The notes under the pieces were generated by a model. That model ran no database searches and was not told where the DNA came from. It saw nothing but the letters and a program-made list of their open reading frames with translations. This document shows positions 41,701-54,900 of a stretch of 64,000 bases of DNA, piece by piece. A program made the translations under genes and the position numbers. The DNA comes from Auanema rhodensis (taxonomy: Eukaryota > Animalia > Nematoda): positions 12,586,001-12,650,000 of the forward strand of contig OZ059894.1 in assembly GCA_964057225.1 (NCBI GenBank). The letters are read 5' to 3'. Position 1 is the first letter of the stretch. Every line of letters starts with the position of its first letter.

Positions 41701-43290
41701 ATTTTAAAATATTTTCATGTTTTATTTTTTGAGTATCGAAATATTTAAAATTATATCTTCTTTACTGTTAAAAACATTATTAAATGAATGATTTGTTTCG
41801 AAATTATTGTAAAAATTTAAAATTGTTCCAAGAAACATGATTAAATGAAGAAAATGGAGTAAAATGAATTGGAAAATTATAAAATATTTCCATGTTTTAT
41901 TTTCTTAGTATCAGAAAATTCAAATTAAGATCGTTTTTAATGTTTCAAATCTTAATGAACGAATTAATTGTTTCAAAACTATTGTAAAAATATGAGATTG
42001 TTTCAAAATACGTGATTAAATGAAGAAAATGGAGTAAAATGAATTGGAAAATTATAAAATATTTTCATGTTTTATTTCTTGAGTATCAAAATATTTAAAC
42101 TTTTTTTTTTCACTGTTTAAAATCTTACAGAACGAATGAATTGTTTCAAAACTATTGTAAACATTTGAGATTGTTTCAAAATACGTGATTAAATGAAGAA
42201 AATGGAGTAAAATGAATTGGAAAATTATAAAATATTTCCATGTTTTATTTTCTTAGTATCAGAAAATTCAAATTAAGATCGTTTTTAATGTTTCAAATCT
42301 TAATGAACGAATTAATTGTTTCAAAACTATTGTAAAAATATGAGATTGTTTCAAAATACGTGATTAAATGAAGAAAATAGAGTAAAATGAATTGGAATAT
42401 TATAAAATATTTTCATGTTTTATTTCTTGAGTATCAAAATATTCAAACTTTTTTTTTTCACTGTTTAAAATCTTAATGAACGAATGAATTGTTTCAAAAC
42501 TATTGTAAAAATATGAGATTGTTTCAAAATACGTGATTAAATGAAGGAAATGGAGTAAAATGAATTGGAAAATTATAAAATATTTTCATGTTTTATTTCT
42601 TGAGTTTCAAAATATTCAAACTTTTTTTTTTCACTGTTCAAAATCTTAATGAACGAATGAATTGTTTCAAAACTATTGTAAAAATTTGAGATTGTTTCAA
42701 AATACGTGATTAAATGAAGAAAATGGAGTAAAATGAATTGGAAAATTATAAAATATTTCCATGTTTTATTTTTTTAGTATCAGAAAATTCAAATTAAGAT
42801 CGTTTTTAATGTTTCAAATCTCAATGAACGAATGAATTGTTTCAAAACTATTGTAAAAATATGAGATTGTTTCAAAATACGTGATTAAATGAAGAAAATG
42901 GAGTAAAATGAATTGGAAAATTATAAAATATTTTCATGTTTTATTTCTTGAGTTTCAAAATATTCAAACTTTTTTTTTTCACTGTTTAAAATCTTAATGA
43001 ACGAATGAATTGTTTCAAAACTATTGTAAAAATATGAGATTGTTTTAAAATACGTGATTAAATGAAGAAAATGGAATAAAATGAATTGGAAAATTATAAA
43101 ATATTTCCATGTTTTATTTTTTTAGTATCAGAAAATTCAAATTAAGATCGTTTTTAATGTTTCAAATCTCAATGAACGAATGAATTGTTTCAAAACTATT
43201 GTAAAAATATGAGATTGTTTCAAAATACGTGATTAAATGAAGAAAATGGAGTAAAATGAATTGGAAAATTATAAAATATTTTCATGTTTT
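38340..43290 (+). repeat. ~4.9 kb copy of 29450-34230 (offset 8885, then 9060 after one extra B monomer)
   Basis: 'atgtagt' at 29836/38721 (8885). TGATCA at 31384/40444 (9060 = 8885 + 175). Extra B monomer at ~40260-40440. Confidence 0.88.
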
Positions 43291-43404
43291 ATTTCTTGAG
43301 TATCAAAATATTTAAACTTTTTTTTTTCACTGTTTAAAATCTTACAGAACGAATGAATTGTTTCAAAACTATTGTAAACATTTGAGATTGTTTCAAAATA
43401 CGTG

Positions 43405-46060
43405 ATTAAATGAAGAAAATGGAGTAAAATGAATTGGAAAATTATAAAATATTTTCATGTTTCATTTTTTGAGTATCAAATAAATTAAAATTATATCTAC
43501 TTTACTGTTAAAAACATTATTAACTGGATTATTTATTTCGAAATTATTGTAAAATTTAAAATTGTTCCAAGAAACATAATTAAATGAAGAAAATAGAGTA
43601 AAATGAATTAGAAAATTTTAAAATATTTTCATGTTTTATTTTTTGAGTATCGAAATATTTAAAATTATATCTTCTTTACTGTTAAAAACATTATTAAATG
43701 AATGATTTGTTTCGAAATTATTGTAAAAATTTAAAATTGTTCCAAGAAACATGATTAAATGAAGAAAATGGAGTAAAATGAATTGGAAAATTATAAAATA
43801 TTTCCATGTTTTATTTTCTTAGTATCAGAAAATTCAAATTAAGATCGTTTTTAATGTTTCAAATCTTAATGAACGAATTAATTGTTTCAAAACTATTGTA
43901 AAAATATGAGATTGTTTCAAAATACGTGATTAAATGAAGAAAATGGAGTAAAATGAATTGGAAAATTATAAAATATTTTCATGTTTTATTTCTTGAGTAT
44001 CAAAATATTTAAACTTTTTTTTTTCACTGTTTAAAATCTTACAGAACGAATGAATTGTTTCAAAACTATTGTAAACATTTGAGATTGTTTCAAAATACGT
44101 GATTAAATGAAGAAAATGGAGTAAAATGAATTGGAAAATTATAAAATATTTCCATGTTTTATTTTCTTAGTATCAGAAAATTCAAATTAAGATCGTTTTT
44201 AATGTTTCAAATCTTAATGAACGAATTAATTGTTTCAAAACTATTGTAAAAATATGAGATTGTTTCAAAATACGTGATTAAATGAAGAAAATAGAGTAAA
44301 ATGAATTGGAATATTATAAAATATTTTCATGTTTTATTTCTTGAGTATCAAAATATTCAAACTTTTTTTTTTCACTGTTTAAAATCTTAATGAACGAATG
44401 AATTGTTTCAAAACTATTGTAAAAATATGAGATTGTTTCAAAATACGTGATTAAATGAAGGAAATGGAGTAAAATGAATTGGAAAATTATAAAATATTTT
44501 CATGTTTTATTTCTTGAGTTTCAAAATATTCAAACTTTTTTTTTTCACTGTTCAAAATCTTAATGAACGAATGAATTGTTTCAAAACTATTGTAAAAATT
44601 TGAGATTGTTTCAAAATACGTGATTAAATGAAGAAAATGGAGTAAAATGAATTGGAAAATTATAAAATATTTCCATGTTTTATTTTTTTAGTATCAGAAA
44701 ATTCAAATTAAGATCGTTTTTAATGTTTCAAATCTCAATGAACGAATGAATTGTTTCAAAACTATTGTAAAAATATGAGATTGTTTCAAAATACGTGATT
44801 AAATGAAGAAAATGGAGTAAAATGAATTGGAAAATTATAAAATATTTTCATGTTTTATTTCTTGAGTTTCAAAATATTCAAACTTTTTTTTTTCACTGTT
44901 TAAAATCTTAATGAACGAATGAATTGTTTCAAAACTATTGTAAAAATATGAGATTGTTTCAAAATACGTGATTAAATGAAGAAAATGGAATAAAATGAAT
45001 TGGAAAATTATAAAATATTTCCATGTTTTATTTTTTTAGTATCAGAAAATTCAAATTAAGATCGTTTTTAATGTTTCAAATCTCAATGAACGAATGAATT
45101 GTTTCAAAACTATTGTAAAAATATGAGATTGTTTCAAAATACGTGATTAAATGAAGAAAATGGAGTAAAATGAATTGGAAAATTATAAAATATTTTCATG
45201 TTTTATTTCTTGAGTTTCAAAATATTCAAACTTTTTTTTTTCACTGTTTAAAATCTTAATGAACGAATGAATTGTTTCAAAACTATTGTAAAAATATGAG
45301 ATTGTTTCAAAATACGTGATTAAATGAAGAAAATGGAGTAAAATGAATTGGAAAATTATAAAATATTTTCATGTTTTATTTCTTGAGTTTCAAAATATTC
45401 AAACTTTTTTTTTTCACTGTTTAAAATCTTAATGAACGAATGAATTGTTTCAAAACTATTGTAAAAATATGAGATTGTTTCAAAATACGTGATTAAATGA
45501 AGAAAATGGAATAAAATGAATTGGAAAATTATAAAATATTTCCATGTTTTATTTTTTTAGTATCAGAAAATTCAAATTAAGATCGTTTTTAATGTTTCAA
45601 ATCTCAATGAACGAATGAATTGTTTCAAAACTATTGTAAAAATATGAGATTGTTTCAAAATACGTGATCAAATGAAGAAAATAGAGTAAAATGAATTGGA
45701 AAATTATAAAATATTTTCATGTTTTATTTTTTGAGTATCAAAATATTTGAAATTATAACTTCTTTACTGTTAAAAACATTATTAACTGGATGATTTGTTT
45801 CGAAATTATTGTAAAAATATGAGATTGTTTCAAAATACGTGATTAAATGAAGAAAATAGAGTAAAATGAATTGGAAAATTTTAAAATATTTTCATGTTTT
45901 ATTTTTTGAGTATCGAAATATTTAAAATTATATCTTCTTTACTGTTAAAAACATTATTAAATGAATGATTTGTTTCGAAATTATTGTAAAATTTAAAATT
46001 GTTCCAAGAAACATAATTAAATGAAGAAAATGGAGTAAAATGAATTGGAAAATTATAAAA
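43405..46060 (+). repeat. Copy of the block starting at ~41520 (11-mer offset, 1914 bp), equivalent to 32460-35090 (offset 10974)
   Basis: 'gaattagaaa' at 41691/43605, private 'aaacatttgag' at 42162/44076, and TGATCA at 34695/45669. Confidence 0.82.
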
Positions 46061-46714
46061 TATTTTCATGTTTTATTTTTTGAGTATCAAAATATTTGAA
46101 ATTATAACTTCTTTACTGTTAAAAACATTATTAACTGGATGATTTGTTTCGAAATTATTGTAAAAATATGAGATTGTTTCAAAATACGTGATTAAATGAA
46201 GAAAATAGAGTAAAATGAATTGGAAAATTTTAAAATATTTTCATGTTTTATTTTTTGAGTATCGAAATATTTAAAATTATATCTTCTTTACTGTTAAAAA
46301 CATTATTAAATGAATGATTTGTTTCGAAATTATTGTAAAATTTAAAATTGTTCCAAGAAACATAATTAAATGAAGAAAATGGAGTAAAATGAATTGGAAA
46401 ATTATAAAATATTTTCATGTTTCATTTTTTGAGTATCAAATAAATTAAAATTATATCTACTTTACTGTTAAAAACATTATTAACTGGATGATTTGTTTCG
46501 AAATTATTGTAAAAATATGAGATTGTTTCAAAATACGTGATTAAATGAAGAAAATAGAGTAAAATGAATTGGAAAATTTTAAAATATTTTCATGTTTTAT
46601 TTTTTGAGTATCGAAATATTTAAAATTATATCTTCTTTACTGTTAAAAACATTATTAAATGAATGATTTGTTTCAAAACTATTGTAAAAATATGAGATTG
46701 TTTCAAAATACGTG
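45667..46714 (+). repeat. Longest run of C-family monomers (6: C1-C3'-C1-C3'-C2/C1 chimera-C3/consensus chimera)
   Basis: Six consecutive monomers carry 'aaaaacattatt'. Diagnostic tails read directly. Confidence 0.88.
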
Positions 46715-48999
46715 ATTAAATGAAGGAAATGGAGTAAAATGAATTGGAAAAATATAAAATATTTTCATGTTTTATTTCTTGAGTTTCAAAATATTCAAAC
46801 TTTTTTTTTTCACTGTTCAAAATCTTAATGAACGAATGAATTGTTTCAAAACTATTGTAAAAATTTGAGATTGTTTCAAAATACGTGATTAAATGAAGAA
46901 AATGGATTAAAATGAATTGGAAAATTATAAAATATTTCCATGTTTTATTTTTTTAGTATCAGAAAATTCAAATTAAGATCGTTTTTAATGTTTCAAATCT
47001 CAATGAACGAATGAATTGTTTCAAAACTATTGTGAAAATATGAGATTGTTTCAAAATACGTGATTAAATGAAGAAAATGGAGTAAAATGAATTGGAAAAT
47101 TATAAAATATTTTCATGTTTTATTTCTTGAGTATCAAAATATTCAAAATTATATCTTTTTTACTGTTAAAAACATTATTAACTGGATGATTTGTTTCGAA
47201 ATTATTGCAAAAATATGAGATTGTTTCAAAATACGTGATTAAATGAAGAAAATGGAGTAAAATGAATTGGAAAATTATAAAATATTTTCCTGTTTTATTT
47301 CTTGAGTTTCAAAATATTCAAACTTTTTTTTTCACTGTTTAAAATCTTAATGAACGAATGAATTGTTTCAAAACTATTGTAAAAATATGAGATTGTTTCA
47401 AAATACGTGATTAAATGAAGAAAATAGAGTAAAATGAATTGGAATATTATAAAATATTTTCATGTTTTATTTCTTGAGTATCAAAATATTCAAACTTTTT
47501 TTTTTCACTGTTTAAAATCTTAATGAACGAATGAATTGTTTCAAAACTATTGTAAAAATATGAGATTGTTTCAAAATACGTGATTAAATGAAGAAAATGG
47601 AGTAAAATGAATTGGAAAATTATAAAATATTTTCCTGTTTTATTTCTTGAGTTTCAAAATATTCAAACTTTTTTTTTCACTGTTTAAAATCTTAATGAAC
47701 GAATGAATTGTTTCAAAACTATTGTAAAAATATGAGATTGTTTCAAAATACGTGATTAAATGAAGAAAATGGAATAAAATGAATTGGAAAATTATAAAAT
47801 ATTTCCATGTTTTATTTTTTTAGTATCAGAAAATTCAAATTAAGATCGTTTTTAATGTTTCAAATCTCAATGAACGAATGAATTGTTTCAAAACTATTGT
47901 AAAAATATGAGATTGTTTCAAAATACGTGATTAAATGAAGAAAATGGAGTAAAATGAATTGGAAAATTATAAAATATTTTCATGTTTTATTTCTTCAGTT
48001 TCAAAATATTCAAACTTTTTTTTTTCACTGTTTAAAATCTTAATGAACGAATGAATTGTTTCAAAACTATTGTAAAAATATGAGATTGTTTCAAAATACG
48101 TGATTAAATGAAGAAAATGGAGTAAAATGAATTGGAAAATTATAAAATATTTCCATGTTTTATTTTTTTAGTATCAGAAAATTCAAATTAAGATCGTTTT
48201 TAATGTTTCAAATCTCAATGAACGAATGAATTGTTTCAAAACTATTGTAAAAATATGAGATTGTTTCAAAATACGTGATTAAATGAAGAAAATGGAGTAA
48301 AATGAATTGGAAAATTATAAAATATTTTCATGTTTTATTTCTTGAGTTTCAAAATATTCAAACTTTTTTTTTTCACTGTTTAAAATCTTAATGAACGAAT
48401 GAATTGTTTCAAAACTATTGTAAAAATATGAGATTGTTTCAAAATACGTGATTAAATGAAGAAAATGGAATAAAATGAATTGGAAAATTATAAAATATTT
48501 CCATGTTTTATTTTTTTAGTATCAGAAAATTCAAATTAAGATCGTTTTTAATGTTTCAAATCTCAATGAACGAATGAATTGTTTCAAAACTATTGTAAAA
48601 ATATGAGATTGTTTCAAAATACGTGATTAAATGAAGAAAATGGAGTAAAATGAATTGGAAAATTATAAAATATTTTCATGTTTTATTTCTTGAGTTTCAA
48701 AATATTCAAACTTTTTTTTTTCACTGTTTAAAATCTTAATGAACGAATGAATTGTTTCAAAACTATTGTAAAAATATGAGATTGTTTCAAAATACGTGAT
48801 TAAATGAAGAAAATGGAGTAAAATGAATTGGAAAATTATAAAATATTTTCATGTTTTATTTCTTGAGTTTCAAAATATTCAAACTTTTTTTTTTCACTGT
48901 TTAAAATCTTAATGAACGAATGAATTGTTTCAAAACTATTGTAAAAATATGAGATTGTTTCAAAATACGTGATTAAATGAAGAAAATGGAATAAAATGA

Positions 49000-51900
49000 A
49001 TTGGAAAATTATAAAATATTTCCATGTTTTATTTTTTTAGTATCAGAAAATTCAAATTAAGATCGTTTTTAATGTTTCAAATCTCAATGAACGAATGAAT
49101 TGTTTCAAAACTATTGTAAAAATATGAGATTGTTTCAAAATACGTGATCAAATGAAGAAAATAGAGTAAAATGAATTGGAAAATTATAAAATATTTTCAT
49201 GTTTTATTTTTTGAGTATCAAAATATTTGAAATTATAACTTCTTTACTGTTAAAAACATTATTAACTGGATGATTTGTTTCGAAATTATTGTAAAAATAT
49301 GAGATTGTTTCAAAATACGTGATTAAATGAAGAAAATAGAGTAAAATGAATTGGAAAATTTTAAAATATTTTCATGTTTTATTTTTTGAGTATCGAAATA
49401 TTTAAAATTATATCTTCTTTACTGTTAAAAACATTATTAAATGAATGATTTGTTTCGAAATTATTGTAAAATTTAAAATTGTTCCAAGAAACATAATTAA
49501 ATGAAGAAAATGGAGTAAAATGAATTGGAAAATTATAAAATATTTTCATGTTTCATTTTTTGAGTATCAAATAAATTAAAATTATATCTACTTTACTGTT
49601 AAAAACATTATTAACTGGATTATTTATTTCGAAATTATTGTAAAATTTAAAATTGTTCCAAGAAACATAATTAAATGAAGAAAATAGAGTAAAATGAATT
49701 GGAAAATTTTAAAATATTTTCATGTTTTATTTTCTTAGTATCAGAAAATTCAAATTAAGATCGTTTTTAATGTTTCAAATCTTAATGAACGAATTAATTG
49801 TTTCAAAACTATTGTAAAAATATGAGATTGTTTCAAAATACGTGATTAAATGAAGGAAATGGAGTAAAATGAATTGGAAAAATATAAAATATTTTCATGT
49901 TTTATTTCTTGAGTTTCAAAATATTCAAACTTTTTTTTTTCACTGTTCAAAATCTTAATGAACGAATGAATTGTTTCAAAACTATTGTAAAAATTTGAGA
50001 TTGTTTCAAAATACGTGATTAAATGAAGAAAATGGAGTTAAATGAATTGGAAAATTATAAAATATTTCCATGTTTTATTTTTTTAGTATCAGAAAATTCA
50101 AATTAAGATCGTTTTTAATGTTTCAAATCTCAATGAACGAATGAATTGTTTCAAAACTATTGTGAAAATATGAGATTGTTTCAAAATACGTGATTAAATG
50201 AAGAAAATGGAGTAAAATGAATTGGAAAATTATAAAATATTTTCATGTTTTATTTCTTGAGTATCAAAATATTCAAAATTATATCTTTTTTACTGTTAAA
50301 AACATTATTAACTGGATGATTTGTTTCGAAATTATTGCAAAAATATGAGATTGTTTCAAAATACGTGATTAAATGAAGAAAATGGAGTAAAATGAATTGG
50401 AAAATTATAAAATATTTTCCTGTTTTATTTCTTGAGTTTCAAAATATTCAAACTTTTTTTTTCACTGTTTAAAATCTTAATGAACGAATGAATTGTTTCA
50501 AAACTATTGTAAAAATATGAGATTGTTTCAAAATACGTGATTAAATGAAGAAAATAGAGTAAAATGAATTGGAATATTATAAAATATTTTCATGTTTTAT
50601 TTCTTGAGTATCAAAATATTCAAACTTTTTTTTTTCACTGTTTAAAATCTTAATGAACGAATGAATTGTTTCAAAACTATTGTAAAAATATGAGATTGTT
50701 TCAAAATACGTGATTAAATGAAGAAAATGGAGTAAAATGAATTGGAAAATTATAAAATATTTTCCTGTTTTATTTCTTGAGTTTCAAAATATTCAAACTT
50801 TTTTTTTCACTGTTTAAAATCTTAATGAACGAATGAATTGTTTCAAAACTATTGTAAAAATATGAGATTGTTTCAAAATACGTGATTAAATGAAGAAAAT
50901 GGAATAAAATGAATTGGAAAATTATAAAATATTTCCATGTTTTATTTTTTTAGTATCAGAAAATTCAAATTAAGATCGTTTTTAATGTTTCAAATCTCAA
51001 TGAACAAATGAATTGTTTCAAAACTATTGTAAAAATATGAGATTGTTTCAAAATACGTGATTAAATGAAGAAAATGGAGTAAAATGAATTGGAAAATTAT
51101 AAAATATTTTCATGTTTTATTTCTTGAGTTTCAAAATATTCAAACTTTTTTTTTTCACTGTTTAAAATCTTAATGAACGAATGAATTGTTTCAAAACTAT
51201 TGTAAAAATATGAGATTGTTTCAAAATACGTGATTAAATGAAGAAAATGGAGTAAAATGAATTGGAAAATTATAAAATATTTTCATGTTTTATTTCTTGA
51301 GTTTCAAAATATTCAAACTTTTTTTTTTCACTGTTTAAAATCTTAATGAACGAATGAATTGTTTCAAAACTATTGTAAAAATATGAGATTGTTTCAAAAT
51401 ACGTGATTAAATGAAGAAAATGGAGTAAAATGAATTGGAAAATTATAAAATATTTCCATGTTTTATTTTTTTAGTATCAGAAAATTCAAATTAAGATCGT
51501 TTTTAATGTTTCAAATCTCAATGAACGAATGAATTGTTTCAAAACTATTGTAAAAATATGAGATTGTTTCAAAATACGTGATCAAATGAAGAAAATAGAG
51601 TAAAATGAATTGGAAAATTATAAAATATTTTCATGTTTTATTTTTTGAGTATCAAAATATTTGAAATTATAACTTCTTTACTGTTAAAAACATTATTAAC
51701 TGGATGATTTGTTTCGAAATTATTGTAAAAATATGAGATTGTTTCAAAATACGTGATTTAATGAAGAAAATAGAGTAAAATGAATTGGAAAATTTTAAAA
51801 TATTTTCATGTTTTATTTTTTGAGTATCGAAATATTTAAAATTATATCTTCTTTACTGTTAAAAACATTATTAAATGAATGATTTGTTTCGAAATTATTG

Positions 51901-54900
51901 TAAAATTTAAAATTGTTCCAAGAAACATAATTAAATGAAGAAAATGGAGTAAAATGAATTGGAAAATTATAAGTATATTTTCATGTTTCATTTTTTGAGT
52001 ATCAATTAAATTAAAATTATATCTACTTTACTGTTAAAAACATTATTAACTGGATTATTTATTTCGAAATTATTGTAAAATTTAAAATTGTTCCAAGAAA
52101 CATAATTAAATGAAGAAAATAGAGTAAAATGAATTGGAAAATTTTAAAATATTTTCATGTTTTATTTTCTTAGTATCAGAAAATTCAAATTAAGATCGTT
52201 TTTAATGTTTCAAATCTTAATGAACGAATTAATTGTTTCAAAACTATTGTAAAAATATGAGATTGTTTCAAAATACGTGATTAAATGAAGGAAATGGAGT
52301 AAAATGAATTGGAAAAATATAAAATATTTTCATGTTTTATTTCTTGAGTTTCAAAATATTCAAACTTTTTTTTTTCACTGTTCAAAATCTTAATGAACGA
52401 ATGAATTGTTTCAAAACTATTGTAAAAATTTGAGATTGTTTCAAAATACGTGATTAAATGAAGAAAATGGAGTAAAATGAATTGGAAAATTATAAAATAT
52501 TTCCATGTTTTATTTTTTTAGTATCAGAAAATTCAAATTAAGATCGTTTTTAATGTTTCAAATCTCAATGAACGAATGAATTGTTTCAAAACTATTGTAA
52601 AAATATGAGATTGTTTCAAAATACGTGATTAAATGAAGAAAATGGAGTAAAATGAATTGGAAAATTATAAAATATTTTCCTGTTTTATTTCTTGAGTTTC
52701 AAAATATTCAAACTTTTTTTTTCACTGTTTAAAATCTTAATGAACGAATGAATTGTTTCAAAACTATTGTAAAAATATGAGATTGTTTCAAAATACGTGA
52801 TTAAATGAAGAAAATAGAGTAAAATGAATTGGAATATTATAAAATATTTTCATGTTTTATTTCTTGAGTATCAAAATATTCAAACTTTTTTTTTTCACTG
52901 TTTAAAATCTTAATGAACGAATGAATTGTTTCAAAACTATTGTAAAAATATGAGATTGTTTCAAAATACGTGATTAAATGAAGAAAATGGAGTAAAATGA
53001 ATTGGAAAATTATAAAATATTTTCCTGTTTTATTTCTTGAGTTTCAAAATATTCAAACTTTTTTTTTCACTGTTTAAAATCTTAATGAACGAATGAATTG
53101 TTTCAAAACTATTGTAAAAATATGAGATTGTTTCAAAATACGTGATTAAATGAAGAAAATAGAGTAAAATGAATTGGAATATTATAAAATATTTTCATGT
53201 TTTATTTCTTGAGTATCAAAATATTCAAACTTTTTTTTTTCACTGTTTAAAATCTTAATGAACGAATGAATTGTTTCAAAACTATTGTAAAAATATGAGA
53301 TTGTTTCAAAATACGTGATTAAATGAAGAAAATGGAGTAAAATGAATTGGAAAATTATAAAACATTTTCATGTTTTATTTCTTGAGTTTCAAAATATTCA
53401 AACTTTTTTTTTTCACTGTTTAAAATCTTAATGAACGAATGAATTGTTTCAAAACTATTGTAAAAATATGAGATTGTTTCAAAATACGTGATTAAATGAA
53501 GAAAATGGAGTAAAATGAATTGGAAAATTATAAAATATTTCCATGTTTTATTTTCTTAGTATCAGAAAATTCAAATTAAGATCGTTTTTAATGTTTCAAA
53601 TCTTAATGAACGAATTAATTGTTTCAAAACTATTGTAAAAATATGAGATTGTTTCAAAATACGTGATTAAATGAAGAAAATGGAGTAAAATGAATTGGAA
53701 AATTATAAAATATTCCCATGTTTTATTTTCTTAGTATCAGAAAATTCAAATTGAGATCGTTTTTAATGTTTCAAATCTTAATGAACGAATGAATTGTTTC
53801 GAAACTATTGTAAAAATATGAGATTGTTTCAAAATACGTGATTAAATGAAGAAAATAGAGTAAAATGAATTGGAAAATTATAAAATATTCCTATGTTTTA
53901 TTTTCTTAGTATCAGAAAATTCAAATTGAGATCGTTTTTAATGTTTCAAATCTTAATGAACGAATGAATTGTTTCGAAACTATTGTAAAAATATGAGATT
54001 GTTTCAAAATACGTGATTAAATGAAGAAAATAGAGTAAAATGAATTGGAATATTATAAAATATTTTCATGTTTTATTTCTTGAGTATCAAAATATTCAAA
54101 CTTTTTTTTTTCACTATTCAAAATCTTAATGAACGAATGAATTGTTTCAAAACTATTGTAAAAATTTGAGATTGTTTCAAAATACGTGATTAAATGAAGA
54201 AAATGGAGTAAAATGAATTGGAAAATTATAAAATATTCCCATGTTTTATTTTCTTAGTATCAGAAAATTCAAATTGAGATCGTTTTTAATGTTTCAAATC
54301 TTAATGAACGAATGAATTGTTTCGAAACTATTGTAAAAATATGAGATTGTTTCAAAATACGTGATTAAATGAAGAAAATAGAGTAAAATGAATTGGAATA
54401 TTATAAAATATTTTCATGTTTTATTTCTTGAGTATCAAAATATTCAAACTTTTTTTTTTCACTGTTTAAAATCTTAATGAACGAATGAATTGTTTCAAAA
54501 CTATTGTAAAAATTTGAGATTGTTTCAAAATACGTGATTAAATGAAGAAAATAGAGTAAAATGAATTGGAAAATTATAAAATATTTTCATGTTTTATTTC
54601 TTGAGTTTCAAAATATTCAAACTTTTTTTTTTCACTGTTTAAAATCTTAATGAACGAATGAATTGTTTCAAAACTATTGTAAAAATATGAGATTGTTTCA
54701 AAATACGTGATTAAATGAAGAAAATGGAGTAAAATGAATTGGAAAATTATAAAATATTTCCATGTTTTATTTTCTTAGTATCAGAAAATTCAAATTAAGA
54801 TCGTTTTTAATGTTTCAAATCTCAATGAACGAATGAATTGTTTCAAAACTATTGTAAAAATTTGAGATTGTTTCAAAATACGTGATTAAATGAAGAAAAT

